Below, piece after piece: positions 39,976-51,634 of a stretch of DNA of 64,000 nucleotides. The stretch's first letter is position 1; each line of letters opens with the position of its first letter. The notes beneath the pieces were generated by a model, which saw only the letters and a program-made list of their open reading frames with translations, was not told the DNA's origin and searched no databases. Source of the DNA: Acidobacteriota bacterium (lineage in GTDB: Bacteria; Acidobacteriota; UBA890; WLXD01); the NCBI GenBank assembly GCA_965197275.1, contig CBDAMQ010000031.1:212261-276260 (forward strand), read 5' to 3'. Position numbers and translations under genes: made by a program.

Positions 39976-42900
39976 ATGAGCCTGCAGAACTTCCACCCGG
40001 CCGTAGAGGCCTGGTTTCGGCGCACATTCGACGCCCCGACCGAACCGCAGAAACGGGGCTGGCCAACGATCCAGGCATGCCGCCACACGCTCATAGCCGC
40101 CCCCACCGGCTCGGGTAAGACGCTGGCCGCCTTCCTGGCCGCCATCGACGATCTCGTGCGCCAGGGTCTTGACGGTGACCTCGACGACGCCACGCAGGTG
40201 GTCTATGTATCGCCGCTGAAAGCACTGTCCAACGACGTGCGCAAGAACCTGCGGCTGCCGCTGGAGGGGATCGCCTACGAACTGATGGAGCGCGGCCTGC
40301 CGAGCCCCGAAGTACGTACCGCCGTGCGCAGCGGCGACACGCCGTCGTCGGAGCGGCAGCGCATGCTCAAGACTCCGCCACACATCCTGGTGACCACCCC
40401 CGAGTCGCTCTATCTGCTACTCACATCCGATGGTGGTCGGGGCATGCTGTCACGTGTCAAGACCGTCATCGTGGATGAGATCCATGCTGTTGCCGACGAT
40501 AAGCGCGGCTCGCATCTGTCGCTGTCGCTCGAGCGCCTCGAGGCTCTGGTTGACGGCCCGCTTCTGCGCATCGGACTGTCGGCGACGCAGAAGCCGATCG
40601 AAGAAGTGGCGCGGTTCCTGGTCGGGCAACGCCACGTTGACGAGCGTGATCGGACCGACTGCGAAGTGATCGACGCCGTCGGTCGTCGGGACATGGATCT
40701 GGCGATCGAGATGCCCGGGTCACCGCTCGAGGCGGTCATGGCAGGCGAGGTGTGGGACGAGATCTACGATCGCCTAGCGGCGCTCATCGGCGAGCATCAG
40801 ACGACGCTCATCTTCGTCAACACGCGGCGGATGGCAGAGCGCATGGCCAAGCACCTGAGCGAGCGGGTCGGTGAGGACGAGGTCACCTCGCACCACGGCT
40901 CGCTATCGACGGAGCAGCGTCTAGACGCCGAGACACGCCTCAAGGAGGGACGTCTTTCGGCGCTGGTGGCGACGGCGTCGCTGGAGCTCGGCATTGATAT
41001 CGGTGCGATTGATCTGGTTGTCCAGATGGGCTCGCCGCGGGCCATCAACACGTTGCTGCAGCGCGTTGGGAGAGCCAGCCACCACGTCGGCGGCGTCCCC
41101 AAAGGCAGGCTGTTCCCGCTGTCACGCGACGAGCTCATCGAGTGTATCGCGGCCATAGATGCGGCGCGGCGTGGCGAGCTCGACCGTCTGGTGATACCTG
41201 ACAAGCCGCTCGACATCCTCGCGCAGCAGATCGTCGCCTGCGCAGCGGCAGAGGAATGGTCCGAGGACGAGCTGTTCGAGCTCGTACGCGGCGCCTATCC
41301 GTTTCGCGATCTGTCGCGCGCGGAGTTCGACAACACCATCGACATGCTTGCCGAAGGCTTCAGCACGCGGCGCGGACGCCGCGGACGCTACCTGCACCTG
41401 GATGCGGTGAACGGCCGTGTCCGAGGACGTCGTGGTGCTCGGCTAGCGGCGATCACCTGCGGAGGGGCGATACCAGACGCTTTCGAGTTCAAAGTCCTGC
41501 AGGAGCCGCAGGGAATCCAAGTCGGGACACTAGACGAGAACTTCGCCATCGAGAGCCTGCCGGGAGACATTTTCCAGCTCGGCAACACCTCCTGGCGAAT
41601 CCTGCGCGTCGAGACTGGCACCGTGCGCGTCGAAGATGCCAAGGGACAACCTCCGAACCTGCCGTTCTGGCTCGGCGAGGCCCCAGGCCGTACCAAGGAG
41701 TTGTCGGAAGCGGTCTCGCGCCTGCGCGCCGATATCGACGCCAGGTTGGGACCCGTGGCCGGCGATCTGGATCTCGATGCCTTGAATGCGACGATCGAAT
41801 GGCTGCGCGACGAGGTCGGAATCGGCGAGGTGGCGACTCGCGCGGCGATCGAGTACTTGGCCGCCTCGCGGACGGCGCTCGCCTCGATGCCGACGCGCGA
41901 CAACATCGTCATGGAGCGCTTCTTCGACGAGGCGGGCGATATGCACGTCGTCGTGCACTCACCCTACGGTATGCGGGTTAACCGGGCCTGGGGCCTGGCG
42001 TTGCGCAAGGTGTTCTGTCGCACGTTCAATTTCGAGCTCCAGGCCGCCGCCAGCGACGACGCGCTGATCCTCTCGCTCGGGCCGACGCACAGCTTTCCGC
42101 TCGAGGAGGTCTTCCAGTACCTGCAGCCGGGAAGTGTGCGCGACAAGTTGGTACAGGCGTTTCTGGACGCACCGATGTTCCCGGTCCGCTGGCGGTGGAA
42201 TGCTGCGCGCTCGCTGGCGGTGAAGCGATGGGTGGGCGGCAAACGGCTGGCACCCGCGTTGCAGCGAATGGACGCCGAGGATCTGCTGGCGGTTATCTTC
42301 CCCGACTCTCTCGCCTGCCTGGAGAACATTCAGGGAGCGCGTGAGGTGCCGGATCATCCACTCGTCGAGCAGACGATCCGCGATTGCCTCCAGGAAGCGA
42401 TGGACTTCGACGAGTTCAAGTCGCTGCTAACGGACGTCGTCGGCGGCCACAAGCAGCTGGTAGCGCGCGACGTGCGCGAGCCGTCGCCGCTGGCGCACGA
42501 GATCATCGCCGCCAAGCCTTACGCCTTCCTGGACGATGCTCCGCTGGAGGAGCGTCGCACGCTCGCGATCCAGACCCGCCATCTGGCCGATCCACAATCT
42601 GCCGACGACCTGTCGGCGCTTGATCAGGCAGCGATCGACCGGGTTCGCAGTGAGGCCTGGCCCGCCGCCGAGGGGCCTGACGAGCTGCACGACGCGCTGC
42701 TGCTGCACGGGTTTATCAGCGAGTCGGAGGGCGTCGAATGGTGCGAGTACTTCGAGGCTCTCGTGCGCGACCGGCGCGCCACGACGCTGATCCTCGGGGG
42801 CCGCGGTGACGGCTCCGAGGATGGTCGCCGGATTTGGGTGGCGGCGGAGCGGTTACCGCTCTTTGACGCCGTGCTCGGATTGCTGGCGACCGAGTGGGAC

Positions 42901-44424
42901 ATGGTCCCGGAGATCTCGGCGCCAGAGCGTTCATCCCGCCGGGAGTGGACGGCGGACGAGGCGCTGATCGAGATCATTCGAGGACGACTCCAGGCACTCG
43001 GCCCGGTGACCGTCGCGCAACTGGCCGGTTCATTGCAGCTGGACGAGTGCCGGATGGATGTCGCGCTGCTTGGCCTCGAAGCCGAGGGGTTCGCCTTCCG
43101 TGGTCGATTCAGCGCCGGCCTCGATGCGATCGAATGGTGCGAGCGTCGGCTGCTGTCGCGGATCCACCGCTATACGCTGAACCGGCTGCGAGCCGAGATC
43201 GAGCCGGTGATGGCACGTGACTTCATGCGCTTCCTGTTCGCCTGGCAGCGTGTCGCACCCGGCGAGCAGGCCGAGGGCCCCGACAGTCTCTTGACGCTTC
43301 TGGAGCAGCTCGAGGGGTTCGAGGCACCTGCAGCCGCGTGGGAGTCCGAGATCCTGCCTGCCCGATTGCTGCAGTACGACCCGGTGTGGCTCGACACGCT
43401 GTGCCTGTCCGGTCGGGTGGCATGGGGAAGGTTGACGCCGCCGGGACAGGGGCCGCGCACCAACCCGCGATCAGGACCGATCCGCAGCACGCCGATCGCC
43501 CTGGTGACGCGTGACAGCCTCGATCTTTGGGAAGAGCTCGCCCCCGGCGCCGAGCCCGAGGAGCTCGAACTCTCGTCAGCGGCACGGGAAGCGCTCGCCG
43601 CGTTGCGCCGGGACGGTGCCAGCTTCTTCGGTGACCTCGGTCGCGCCACCGGACAACTCGACAGCCAGCTGGAGGATGCGCTCGGGGAGCTCGCGGCGTG
43701 GGGTCTGGTGACGGCCGACTCGTTCACCGGCCTCCGCGCCCTGCTCGTACCGTCGAGCCGCCGGCCGAGCCGGGGTGGCCGGCGACGAGGCCGTACGGCC
43801 ATTTTCGGCATGGAGAACGCAGGACGCTGGTCGCTGGTGCGGTCAGGCGCCGATGGACCGTCAACCGACGGTGCCGAAGGTAACGGGGCAAGGGCCAGCG
43901 GTGCTCGCGTATCCGACAGCAGGGACCGACTCAGTCCCGACGCGGTGGAGGGAGCAGCACAGCTGTACTTGCGGCGCTACGGGGTAGTCTTTCGTCGTCT
44001 CCTGACGCGCGAGGGCAGCGCGCCGCCGTGGCGCGACCTGGTGCGCATCTACCGCCGCATGGAGGCGCGCGGGGAGATTCGGGGCGGTCGCTTCGTTGCC
44101 GGTTTCCAGGGCGAACAGTTCGCGCTGCCGGAGGCCGTCGGACGTTTGCGGAAGATCCGCCGGCAGGAAGATGATGCGCTGGTCTCGTTGAGCGCGGCGG
44201 ACCCGCTCAATCTTGTCGGCATCGTTACGCCCGGTGGCCGCGTGCCCGCCATCGCGGATAACCGGGTGTTGTTCCAGTCGGGAGTGCCCGTGGCGGTCCG
44301 AGAGGCCGGCGAGGTCCGGTTCCTGGTAGAAGAGGATGCTGCGGTCCGCTGGCAGCTGCAGAGAGCGCTGGTCCGCCGGAGCGTGCCGCCGCAGCTACGT
44401 GCTTATCTCGGTCGCCCCGCGTGA
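39976..44424 (+). CDS. lhr: Lhr-type large ATP-dependent helicase (DEAD/DEAH core plus Lhr C-terminal extension)
   Basis: [30 protein letters not shown]…[18 protein letters not shown] (motif I). DEIH. …HHGSLS… About 1480 aa, Lhr-like length. Confidence 0.9.
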   Translation: MSLQNFHPAVEAWFRRTFDAPTEPQKRGWPTIQACRHTLIAAPTGSGKTLAAFLAAIDDLVRQGLDGDLDDATQVVYVSPLKALSNDVRKNLRLPLEGIAYELMERGLPSPEVRTAVRSGDTPSSERQRMLKTPPHILVTTPESLYLLLTSDGGRGMLSRVKTVIVDEIHAVADDKRGSHLSLSLERLEALVDGPLLRIGLSATQKPIEEVARFLVGQRHVDERDRTDCEVIDAVGRRDMDLAIEMPGSPLEAVMAGEVWDEIYDRLAALIGEHQTTLIFVNTRRMAERMAKHLSERVGEDEVTSHHGSLSTEQRLDAETRLKEGRLSALVATASLELGIDIGAIDLVVQMGSPRAINTLLQRVGRASHHVGGVPKGRLFPLSRDELIECIAAIDAARRGELDRLVIPDKPLDILAQQIVACAAAEEWSEDELFELVRGAYPFRDLSRAEFDNTIDMLAEGFSTRRGRRGRYLHLDAVNGRVRGRRGARLAAITCGGAIPDAFEFKVLQEPQGIQVGTLDENFAIESLPGDIFQLGNTSWRILRVETGTVRVEDAKGQPPNLPFWLGEAPGRTKELSEAVSRLRADIDARLGPVAGDLDLDALNATIEWLRDEVGIGEVATRAAIEYLAASRTALASMPTRDNIVMERFFDEAGDMHVVVHSPYGMRVNRAWGLALRKVFCRTFNFELQAAASDDALILSLGPTHSFPLEEVFQYLQPGSVRDKLVQAFLDAPMFPVRWRWNAARSLAVKRWVGGKRLAPALQRMDAEDLLAVIFPDSLACLENIQGAREVPDHPLVEQTIRDCLQEAMDFDEFKSLLTDVVGGHKQLVARDVREPSPLAHEIIAAKPYAFLDDAPLEERRTLAIQTRHLADPQSADDLSALDQAAIDRVRSEAWPAAEGPDELHDALLLHGFISESEGVEWCEYFEALVRDRRATTLILGGRGDGSEDGRRIWVAAERLPLFDAVLGLLATEWDMVPEISAPERSSRREWTADEALIEIIRGRLQALGPVTVAQLAGSLQLDECRMDVALLGLEAEGFAFRGRFSAGLDAIEWCERRLLSRIHRYTLNRLRAEIEPVMARDFMRFLFAWQRVAPGEQAEGPDSLLTLLEQLEGFEAPAAAWESEILPARLLQYDPVWLDTLCLSGRVAWGRLTPPGQGPRTNPRSGPIRSTPIALVTRDSLDLWEELAPGAEPEELELSSAAREALAALRRDGASFFGDLGRATGQLDSQLEDALGELAAWGLVTADSFTGLRALLVPSSRRPSRGGRRRGRTAIFGMENAGRWSLVRSGADGPSTDGAEGNGARASGARVSDSRDRLSPDAVEGAAQLYLRRYGVVFRRLLTREGSAPPWRDLVRIYRRMEARGEIRGGRFVAGFQGEQFALPEAVGRLRKIRRQEDDALVSLSAADPLNLVGIVTPGGRVPAIADNRVLFQSGVPVAVREAGEVRFLVEEDAAVRWQLQRALVRRSVPPQLRAYLGRPA

Positions 44425-44443
44425 TTCTCGCCGAAACATGCCG

Positions 44444-45805
44444 TCATGGCGAGTCGCAGGCCACAGGGCTCAGGTGCCAGCGTCGGGGGGTGGCATCATC
44501 GGCGCCGCCGTCGATCTGAGCTGCGAGCGTTCCGTCGCCGTGGGCGGCGTAGACGATTCGCTTCGGGAAGTCGTGCTCTGGCGCCTCGAAGATCGCCCGC
44601 CCATCGACCAAAGAGGTCAGGCGAAACGAGCTCGGCGACTGCCTTCCATTCGGGTAGGGCGTCAACACGATGCCGTTATTCGTTACCTGAATACGGGCGA
44701 ACTCGAATTGCACCGCGGTGCCATCGCGAATGTACCGCGTCGTCCCCAGGATGAGGTTCTCGGTGGGCGACGTGTAGTGCTCCGAGATGGTGCCGCGCCC
44801 GCCGCCGAAAGATCCTTCCCAGCAGCCGGCCATGAACGCCAAGGCATCGAGATCGTTCGAGGGTGTTTGTCGCCCAGGTTCGGCGAGAGTCTCCCGTAGC
44901 AGTCGGGCCAACCGGCGTCCGGCCAGCATCGCCCGCCGCTCGGCGATCGGCTGGATATCCTCGAGGTATCCGGCGGGCAGCACCGCGCCAGCCTCCTGCG
45001 TGCCGCCGCGCAACTTCCCGTCCAGGTACACGTGCTCGACCGCAATGCGCGCCCCTTCCGCCGCCCAGCGCTCGAAATCCCGGCCCGCGGTGCGTTCCTT
45101 GTCGGCAGCGGCGCGGCGCTGGCGGATCTCCACGGCTCGATTCCGTACCTCCTGGAAGCGATCGGTTCCGATGACCAGCGTGTCCCAGAGTTGGTGCAGG
45201 TTGATGGTCTGTGCGTTCGGTCGGGCACGAATGTAGAAGAGGTTGCCGCCACGATCACCGTCCGGGTAACGCTCGGTGGTAAGGGCAACGGAGTGCAGCG
45301 GTTGGTGGATGTCGCCGACGAGGTGAAACAGCCAGGTCAGCGCCACGGCGCGGTCCGCCGCCCGGTCGCTCGTAGCTAGCGTCGCGGTGTTGTCGCGCAG
45401 CGCGTTGAGCAGCTCACCGTCGCCGCTTCCCGCCGGCGGCGTCAGCGCGTTCGGTGGCGAATAGTGAAAGTTGACGTAGTGCCATGTCGGTCGGCTATAG
45501 CTCTCGTGGCGTCCGGAGCGGATGTCGTCGGCCCAGCGCGCCGCGCGCATAAAGATGGCCTGTTCGCGGTCCTCGTCGTCCAGGTTCCAGCTCCGGGGTG
45601 GTGCCAGCTGGTCGGCGAAATGCGGATGGTGCTCGAGTAACTCGACGACGGCACGCAGCGCAGCCGGGTCGGACTGGCGCAGTTCCTGGTAGGCGATCGC
45701 GGCGGTGACCATATGCCCCTGGCGGCTCCATGCGGCGGCGTCGCCAGCCAGACACAGCAGCAGGGCCAGACACGAGGCGGAGAGCAGGATAGGTCGTAGG
45801 CACAT
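44444..45805 (-). CDS. Secreted S1/P1-family zinc nuclease fused to a ~170-aa C-terminal domain of unknown function
   Basis: Mature N-terminus AWSRQGHMVTAAIAYQEL (Zn-binding Trp). …HYVN…, …HLVGDIHQPLH…, …LHQLWD… GGAG Shine-Dalgarno before ATG 45805. Confidence 0.8.
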   Translation of the reverse strand: MCLRPILLSASCLALLLCLAGDAAAWSRQGHMVTAAIAYQELRQSDPAALRAVVELLEHHPHFADQLAPPRSWNLDDEDREQAIFMRAARWADDIRSGRHESYSRPTWHYVNFHYSPPNALTPPAGSGDGELLNALRDNTATLATSDRAADRAVALTWLFHLVGDIHQPLHSVALTTERYPDGDRGGNLFYIRARPNAQTINLHQLWDTLVIGTDRFQEVRNRAVEIRQRRAAADKERTAGRDFERWAAEGARIAVEHVYLDGKLRGGTQEAGAVLPAGYLEDIQPIAERRAMLAGRRLARLLRETLAEPGRQTPSNDLDALAFMAGCWEGSFGGGRGTISEHYTSPTENLILGTTRYIRDGTAVQFEFARIQVTNNGIVLTPYPNGRQSPSSFRLTSLVDGRAIFEAPEHDFPKRIVYAAHGDGTLAAQIDGGADDATPRRWHLSPVACDSP

Positions 45806-45961
45806 GGATCGCTCCGGGTCAGTCATCGCATCACCAGGACATAGTCTAGTCGTCGATGGGACAGCCGTCTGGGACGTGCTACCTTCGGCCACCGTGTGTG
45901 GCGCGGGTGAGATGAGCGCCGGCACCCGATTACACAACTCAGGCCTGCGTAGGCTCCCGCA

Positions 45962-48481
45962 ATGACCGACCCCACGGATCCGACCGCGCCCCCCGATCAC
46001 CCGACAGCGGCCTCGGTGTCGCCGCCCCAGGTCCCGGAAACGATCGGACCCTACCGGATCCTGCAGAAGCTCGGCGAAGGCGGCATGGGTGACGTCTACC
46101 TGGCCGAACAGCTGGCGCCCGTGCGCCGGCGTGTGGCGCTGAAGACGATCAAGCACGGCATGGACACCAAACAGGTGGTAGCGCGCTTCGAGTCCGAGCG
46201 GCAGGCGCTGGCGATGATGAACCATCCCTGCATCGCGAAGGTGTTCGATGCCGGAGCAACCGAGGCCGGGCGACCGTACTTCGTCATGGAGTACGTCGAG
46301 GGGATCCCGATCAACGAGCATTGCGACCGAAACCGCTTGAGCGTCAGGGATCGACTGGAGTTGCTGCGGCGTGTATGCGACGGCGTTCAGCATGCGCACC
46401 ACAAAGCCATCATTCACCGCGACATCAAGCCCTCCAACGTGCTGGTGGCGATCCGGGACGGTGAAGCGGCTCCCAAGATCATCGATTTCGGCGTTGCCAA
46501 GGCGATGGCTCAACGCCTCACCGAGCGCTCAGTGTTCACCGAGCTCGGTCAGCTCATCGGCACCCCGGAATACATGAGCCCAGAGCAGGCCGAGATGAGC
46601 CCGCAGAGTATCGACACGCGGACGGATGTCTACGCGCTTGGGGTGGTGCTGTACGAGCTGCTCGTCGGGGCGTTGCCGTTCGATCCGCGCGAGTTGCGCG
46701 AGGCCGGGCTGTTGGAGATCCATCGACGCATCCGCGACGAGGAGCCGTCGAAGCCGAGCACGCGCGTGAGCAGCCTGGATGACGCGTCGGTGACCGCCGC
46801 CGCTCGACGCCAGACCGATCCGATGCGGCTGGTTGGCGAGCTGCGCGGGGATCTCGACTGGATCACGATGAAGGCCATGGCCAAGGACCGCTCGTGCCGC
46901 TACGGCTCGCCGGCCGACCTGTCCGCCGACATCGGCCGCTACCTGGCGGACGAGCCGGTCGAGGCGACGCCACCGAGCGCCGCCTATCGTCTGCGAAAAT
47001 TCGCGCGCCGACACCGAATCGGCGTCGCCGCCACTACCGTGCTGACCGTCATGCTGATCGGATTCGGGATCGCCATGGTTGTGCAAACCGCCCGCATCGC
47101 GCGTGAGCGAGATCGGGCGAATCGCGAAGCCGAGGCGGCCCGCGAGGTATCGAGCTTTCTGACCGGGTTGTTCGAAGTCTCGGCGCCGAGCGAGGCGCTG
47201 GGCAACGCGATCACGGCGCGAGAGATGCTCGACGAGGGTGTGGCGCGGATCTCGACCGAGCTGCGCGGCCAGCCGCTTACACAAGCGCAGCTGATGGCGA
47301 CGATGGGCGACGTGTACTCCAGGCTAGGGCTGTACGAGTCGGCGGCTCCGCTGCTCGAACAGGCGCTGTCGTCGCGCCGTGACTTGCTGGGGGTAGACGC
47401 CCCCGAGACGCTTGCCTCGATGGGCGATCTGGTTGCGCTTCACGTCGAGAGAGGGCGCTATGAGCTTGCCGAGCAGCTCGCAGCCGAGACGCTGGAGCTT
47501 CAGCGGACCGCGCTGGGAGATGATCACCTCGAAACGCTGGAGTCGATGCGCTACGTAGCGCTGGCGCAGAGCGGGCAGGGTCGGTACGACGACGCTGCGG
47601 CGGGCTTGGGGAGCGTTGTCGAGACCCTGCTCCGAGTGGTCGGCGATGATCACGAGGCCACGCTGAGAGCGATCAACACCCTGGCGGCCGTGAATCAGAA
47701 TCAGGGGCGGTTCGAGGATGCTGACCGCCTGTATCGGCAGTCGCTGGCCGGGTTGCGGCGCATCGACGATGCGGACCGCCCCGCGACGCTGACGCTGATC
47801 CACAATCTGGCATCGGTGAACAACAGCCTCGGGCGGTATGAGGAGGCCGAGTCTCGCGCTCGCGAAGCGCTCGAGGGGCGCCGGCGCATCCTCGGGGCGG
47901 AGCACCGCTACACGCTGACCACGGAGGACGTCCTGGCGCTGACGTTCTTCTATCGTGAGCGCTACGACGAGGTTGCTTCGATCATGGTGCCGAGCATCGC
48001 GGTAGCCAGGCGCACGCTCGGCGATCGACATCCGGACACGCTGGAGTCGATGAACCTCCTGGGGGAGGCGTATCAACGGGACGGTCGCTATGACGATGCC
48101 GAACCGTGGCTACGAGAAACCCTCGAGCTTCGTCGCGATGTCCTCGGGGGGGAACACATCCGCACACAGTGGTCGATGTACAACCTGGCGACGTTGTTTC
48201 GCGATCAGCGTCGGTTCGATGAGGCCGATGCCCTCTATCGGCAAACTCTCGAAATCGAGCTACGTCTCCTCGGCGAGGCGCATCCGGACACCGTAGATAC
48301 GGCCTATCAGCTAGCGCGCCTCGAGGCGAGGCGGGGCGATCATGATGCTGCGCTCGACTGGCTGGGCCGGGCAGTGCAGTACGGGCTCTCCGACACCGCG
48401 TTGCTCACCGACGAGCCGGACTTCGCCGCCCTTGTTGGCAGCCCCGAGATCGCCGCCTTGGCGGATGCGATTCAGGACTAG
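45962..48481 (+). CDS. Ser/Thr protein kinase with TM segment and C-terminal TPR-repeat domain
   Basis: GEGGMGDVY, VALK, HRDIKPSNVLV, DFGVA, SPEQ. Then RHRIGVAATTVLTVMLIGFGIAMV (TM) and ~10 TPR-like repeats. Confidence 0.9.
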   Translation: MTDPTDPTAPPDHPTAASVSPPQVPETIGPYRILQKLGEGGMGDVYLAEQLAPVRRRVALKTIKHGMDTKQVVARFESERQALAMMNHPCIAKVFDAGATEAGRPYFVMEYVEGIPINEHCDRNRLSVRDRLELLRRVCDGVQHAHHKAIIHRDIKPSNVLVAIRDGEAAPKIIDFGVAKAMAQRLTERSVFTELGQLIGTPEYMSPEQAEMSPQSIDTRTDVYALGVVLYELLVGALPFDPRELREAGLLEIHRRIRDEEPSKPSTRVSSLDDASVTAAARRQTDPMRLVGELRGDLDWITMKAMAKDRSCRYGSPADLSADIGRYLADEPVEATPPSAAYRLRKFARRHRIGVAATTVLTVMLIGFGIAMVVQTARIARERDRANREAEAAREVSSFLTGLFEVSAPSEALGNAITAREMLDEGVARISTELRGQPLTQAQLMATMGDVYSRLGLYESAAPLLEQALSSRRDLLGVDAPETLASMGDLVALHVERGRYELAEQLAAETLELQRTALGDDHLETLESMRYVALAQSGQGRYDDAAAGLGSVVETLLRVVGDDHEATLRAINTLAAVNQNQGRFEDADRLYRQSLAGLRRIDDADRPATLTLIHNLASVNNSLGRYEEAESRAREALEGRRRILGAEHRYTLTTEDVLALTFFYRERYDEVASIMVPSIAVARRTLGDRHPDTLESMNLLGEAYQRDGRYDDAEPWLRETLELRRDVLGGEHIRTQWSMYNLATLFRDQRRFDEADALYRQTLEIELRLLGEAHPDTVDTAYQLARLEARRGDHDAALDWLGRAVQYGLSDTALLTDEPDFAALVGSPEIAALADAIQD

Positions 48482-48571
48482 TGGCCTGGCATACGGCCCC
48501 GTTTCGTCGTCACGATCTGCGACGATCACCTGTTCACAGGCCACCGGCGGCTCACAGCCGGAGTCGGCGTC

Positions 48572-49600
48572 TCAGCGCTTGGCGTGCTTGCGCAGGGCCT
48601 GCGGTCCGACCTCGGCTCCGTATACGTTTCCGGCGGAGTCGACGCCAACCCCCTCAGCGGCGCTCGTGCCCAGGCCGTCCTGATCGGCTTCGGGATCGGG
48701 GATGAAGGCGGTCACGAAGCCATCGTTCACGCTGCCGATTCGGATGCCCCGCTTCCAACCAGGGTTGGCGCGCGCGTTGGATTCGGAATCGGCCGAATAG
48801 AGCATGTCGTTGGCATCGATGAAGAGGCCGCTTGGGCGCCCGAACTGCGTCCATGTGGCGATATGGGTACCGTCCTGATCGAAGATCTGCAGGCGGGCGT
48901 TGCCGCGATCGCCGACGAACAGCCGGCCCTGCGAATCCATCGCCAGGGCGTGAGGATCTCTGAACTCGCCGGGACCGAAGCCCGTCTGTCCCCAAGCCTT
49001 GATGAAGGTCCCGTTGCTCGACAGCTTGACGATCCGATTGTTGCCGCCGGCGCCGTGTCCGTCGGCAACGAAGATGTCGCCGTTGGGAGCCACCAGAACG
49101 TCTGACGGCTGGCGGAACGTATCCTCACCGTCGCCGGCTATTCCCTTCTTACCGAGGGTCATCAACAGCTCACCGTCGGGGCTGAACTTGTACACCACGT
49201 GCCCCAGCCCCTCGGGCTGATCCCCGAAGCCAACGGCGTCGGTGACCCACACGTTACCGTCGGCATCCACGTGCATGCCATGCGGCCAGGCAAACAGACC
49301 ACCGCCGCCGAAGCTCTTGAGCAACTCGCCTTCAGGCGAGAACAGGAAGATGGTGTCCATGTCGGTGCCGACACAGGTGTTAGCCCCACAGCGCTCGCCG
49401 ACCCAGATATTGACGCCATCGACGTCTGGGTAGACAGCGCTGGTGGCGCCCCAGGTTCGACCGTCGGGTAGCTCGCCCCAGACCCCATCAAGCGTGCGGT
49501 AGGGGTTGGGTGAGTTGTTCTGGATACCGGCGTTGGCCAGTGCGGCCGTCGCCACCAGGAAGATCACGAAGCCGAAACCGGCGCGAGCTGAACGGGTCAT
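48572..49600 (-). CDS. Secreted NHL-repeat six-bladed beta-propeller protein
   Basis: Signal peptide MTRSARAGFGFVIFLVATAALANA. Repeats of …G.F..P.G.A.D..G..(Y/F)V.D…N.R(I/L)Q.F. Confidence 0.8.
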   Translation of the reverse strand: MTRSARAGFGFVIFLVATAALANAGIQNNSPNPYRTLDGVWGELPDGRTWGATSAVYPDVDGVNIWVGERCGANTCVGTDMDTIFLFSPEGELLKSFGGGGLFAWPHGMHVDADGNVWVTDAVGFGDQPEGLGHVVYKFSPDGELLMTLGKKGIAGDGEDTFRQPSDVLVAPNGDIFVADGHGAGGNNRIVKLSSNGTFIKAWGQTGFGPGEFRDPHALAMDSQGRLFVGDRGNARLQIFDQDGTHIATWTQFGRPSGLFIDANDMLYSADSESNARANPGWKRGIRIGSVNDGFVTAFIPDPEADQDGLGTSAAEGVGVDSAGNVYGAEVGPQALRKHAKR

Positions 49601-49875
49601 TGTGGATCCTCCATGGCGTGATGGCGCCGAACGATCGGTGGTAGCGCCGAGCGGACGCAATCCTATCCGCTCAGGGCTCCGGAGTCGCCTTGACCCCGGT
49701 TTGCGGCCCGAGTCCCAGCTGCCTACTGAACATGCTGCTCAACAGCCAGACCACCTGCACCGAGGACCGCGAGGAGCGTCGCCCATCGCAGCATGTCGGC
49801 GAGCCGGCGCTGGTGCGACCCTGGCCGCCGCCGGTGATTCGCTGAACGCCCGCGTCAGGCGCCTTCGGCGGCTGG

Positions 49876-50412
49876 CTAGCGCGGATTGCCGGACTCCTCG
49901 AATGGTCCCTCGATGAGAACCTCGTCGAGCTGTCCGGCGTCGTGTCCCAGGTCGTGCTCGCCGGCCGGCGCCCCGTTGATGCGTAGCAGGTAGGCAACGA
50001 CATCAGCGTACTGCCGGCGGCTCAGATCACCCGGGTTGTCCTCCGGCATGGTCATGCGGATAAAGTCGTAAAGAGCCCCGATCGGCTGGCCGTCCCAGTC
50101 GATCATGTAGTCAGGACCGAACTCCGCCTCTGCATGGCAATAAGCGCAGACGCGGTCGTAGAGAGCTCGTCCGCGCGCCGCCTCGCGACTGGAGTAGACC
50201 CCGTCGCGAGTCGATCGGGTCGGCCCGGATGCCGCGCTCTGAGGTGCCTCGCCGCCGACGCCAGCCCGAGTCCCGCCCAGGTCATCGGACGTTGCACTCC
50301 GGCTGGCCGAGGCGGCGTCGAGGCCAATCGGAGCCGCCAGTGAGGTCAGGGCGAGCACCGATACAGCCGCACGCGACCATCGCAAGGTGGCCGGTTGAGC
50401 CAGGCTGTGCAT
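49876..50412 (-). CDS. Periplasmic c-type cytochrome (single CxxCH)
   Basis: Signal peptide, …GRALYDRVCAYCHAEAEFG… heme-binding motif. Lies 35 nt downstream of the aminotransferase pair on the same strand. Confidence 0.75.
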   Translation of the reverse strand: MHSLAQPATLRWSRAAVSVLALTSLAAPIGLDAASASRSATSDDLGGTRAGVGGEAPQSAASGPTRSTRDGVYSSREAARGRALYDRVCAYCHAEAEFGPDYMIDWDGQPIGALYDFIRMTMPEDNPGDLSRRQYADVVAYLLRINGAPAGEHDLGHDAGQLDEVLIEGPFEESGNPR

Positions 50413-50446
50413 CGAAGCTCCCGTTCGCCTAGTGGCGGCGGCGATC

Positions 50447-51634
50447 CTACGCGGCAGCCACCTTCTTGAGCTTCAGCACGCGCCCGAACACCTCCGTGGC
50501 CCGCTGCATCTCTTCCATCGTGCCGAGCGAGATGCGGGCCCAAGAATCCTCGAACGGCGGGAAGTCGCGCCCCACGAGAACACCGTGTTCGGCACAGTCG
50601 GCGCGGAAGTCGGCCGCCGGCCGCCCGATGCGCACGAACAGGAAGTTCGCCTGGGTGTCGGTGAGGTGGAGTCCGCGCGACTTGAACCAGTCGACGGTAA
50701 AGCGGCGTACCGCGGTGTTGCGTGCGGTCTCCTCGGCGATGTGGTCTGCATCGCGCAGGGATGCCGCCGCACCGGCGATGGACGCGACGTTGAGGCTCAT
50801 GCCGTATTGCCAATCTTCCATGGTCTCGATGGTATCGACGTGCGCCACACCGTAGCCGATACGCATTCCGGCCATACCGTGCGCCTTGGAGAAGGTGCGC
50901 GCCACCAGGAGCCGTCGGTTGTTCACCGCACGAGTGATCTCCGACCGGTAGCCAGGATCCGTGACGTAGTCGTGATACGCCTCGTCGATCAGGATCACGG
51001 CCTCCGATTCGCTCATGACGCGATCGATGAACGTCCCGATGGCGTCGGCGCTGCGCAGCCTCGCCGTCGGGTTGTTGGGGTTGTCGACGAACACCAGGCC
51101 GGCGTCCTGTGCGGCGTCGGCCATGGCGTCGAGATCGAGGCCCATGGAATCGTCCACCGGCACGTACTCGATCGGCGTTTCGATGAGCTCGGCATACCCC
51201 GAACACTCGCCGTACGAGGGCGCGCCGGTAACCAGCGGACGGGTTGTCGACGTGAACACGTGGGTCGCTGTCCGGAGGATCTGTGTGGAGCCGTTGCCGA
51301 TGCTGATGTTGTCGGCCGGCACTCCTTGCGTGCTGGCGATCGCGTCCACAAGGTCGGCGGTGCTGATGCTATAGCGAGCCGTCGGGTGGTTACCGGCGGT
51401 GATACCGGTCTCCAGAGCCTCCAGCGTCCGCCCACCCGGACCGAGAGGGTTCTCGTTGTAGTGCAGAAGCAGCGGTCGCTCTTCCTCCGGCAGCGACAGC
51501 GACCAGGCTCGCGCCAAGGATCGCGGACCGTCGTAGGCCATCATCGCGGCGGCGGCGGAACCGACGCCCACCCGCTTGACGAACCCGCGTCGTGAAACCG
51601 TCATCGCCTTGTCCTCCCTCGGCGCTCCGCTCAT
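50447..51634 (-). CDS. Class I/II PLP-dependent aminotransferase (HisC/histidinol-phosphate aminotransferase family) with Tat signal peptide
   Basis: …MTVSRRGFVKRVGVGSAAAAMMA (Tat S-R-R-x-F-x-K). PLP-Lys motif TFSKAHGMAGMRIGY. NPNNPT. ATGA overlap with its upstream paralog. Confidence 0.85.
   Translation of the reverse strand: MSGAPREDKAMTVSRRGFVKRVGVGSAAAAMMAYDGPRSLARAWSLSLPEEERPLLLHYNENPLGPGGRTLEALETGITAGNHPTARYSISTADLVDAIASTQGVPADNISIGNGSTQILRTATHVFTSTTRPLVTGAPSYGECSGYAELIETPIEYVPVDDSMGLDLDAMADAAQDAGLVFVDNPNNPTARLRSADAIGTFIDRVMSESEAVILIDEAYHDYVTDPGYRSEITRAVNNRRLLVARTFSKAHGMAGMRIGYGVAHVDTIETMEDWQYGMSLNVASIAGAAASLRDADHIAEETARNTAVRRFTVDWFKSRGLHLTDTQANFLFVRIGRPAADFRADCAEHGVLVGRDFPPFEDSWARISLGTMEEMQRATEVFGRVLKLKKVAAA

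Noticed and set aside
49661-49875. Possible terminator hairpin downstream of the cytochrome c gene.
   Set aside because: Only weak, imperfect complementarity (ggcgcc/ggcggc) and no following T-tract. Not convincing.
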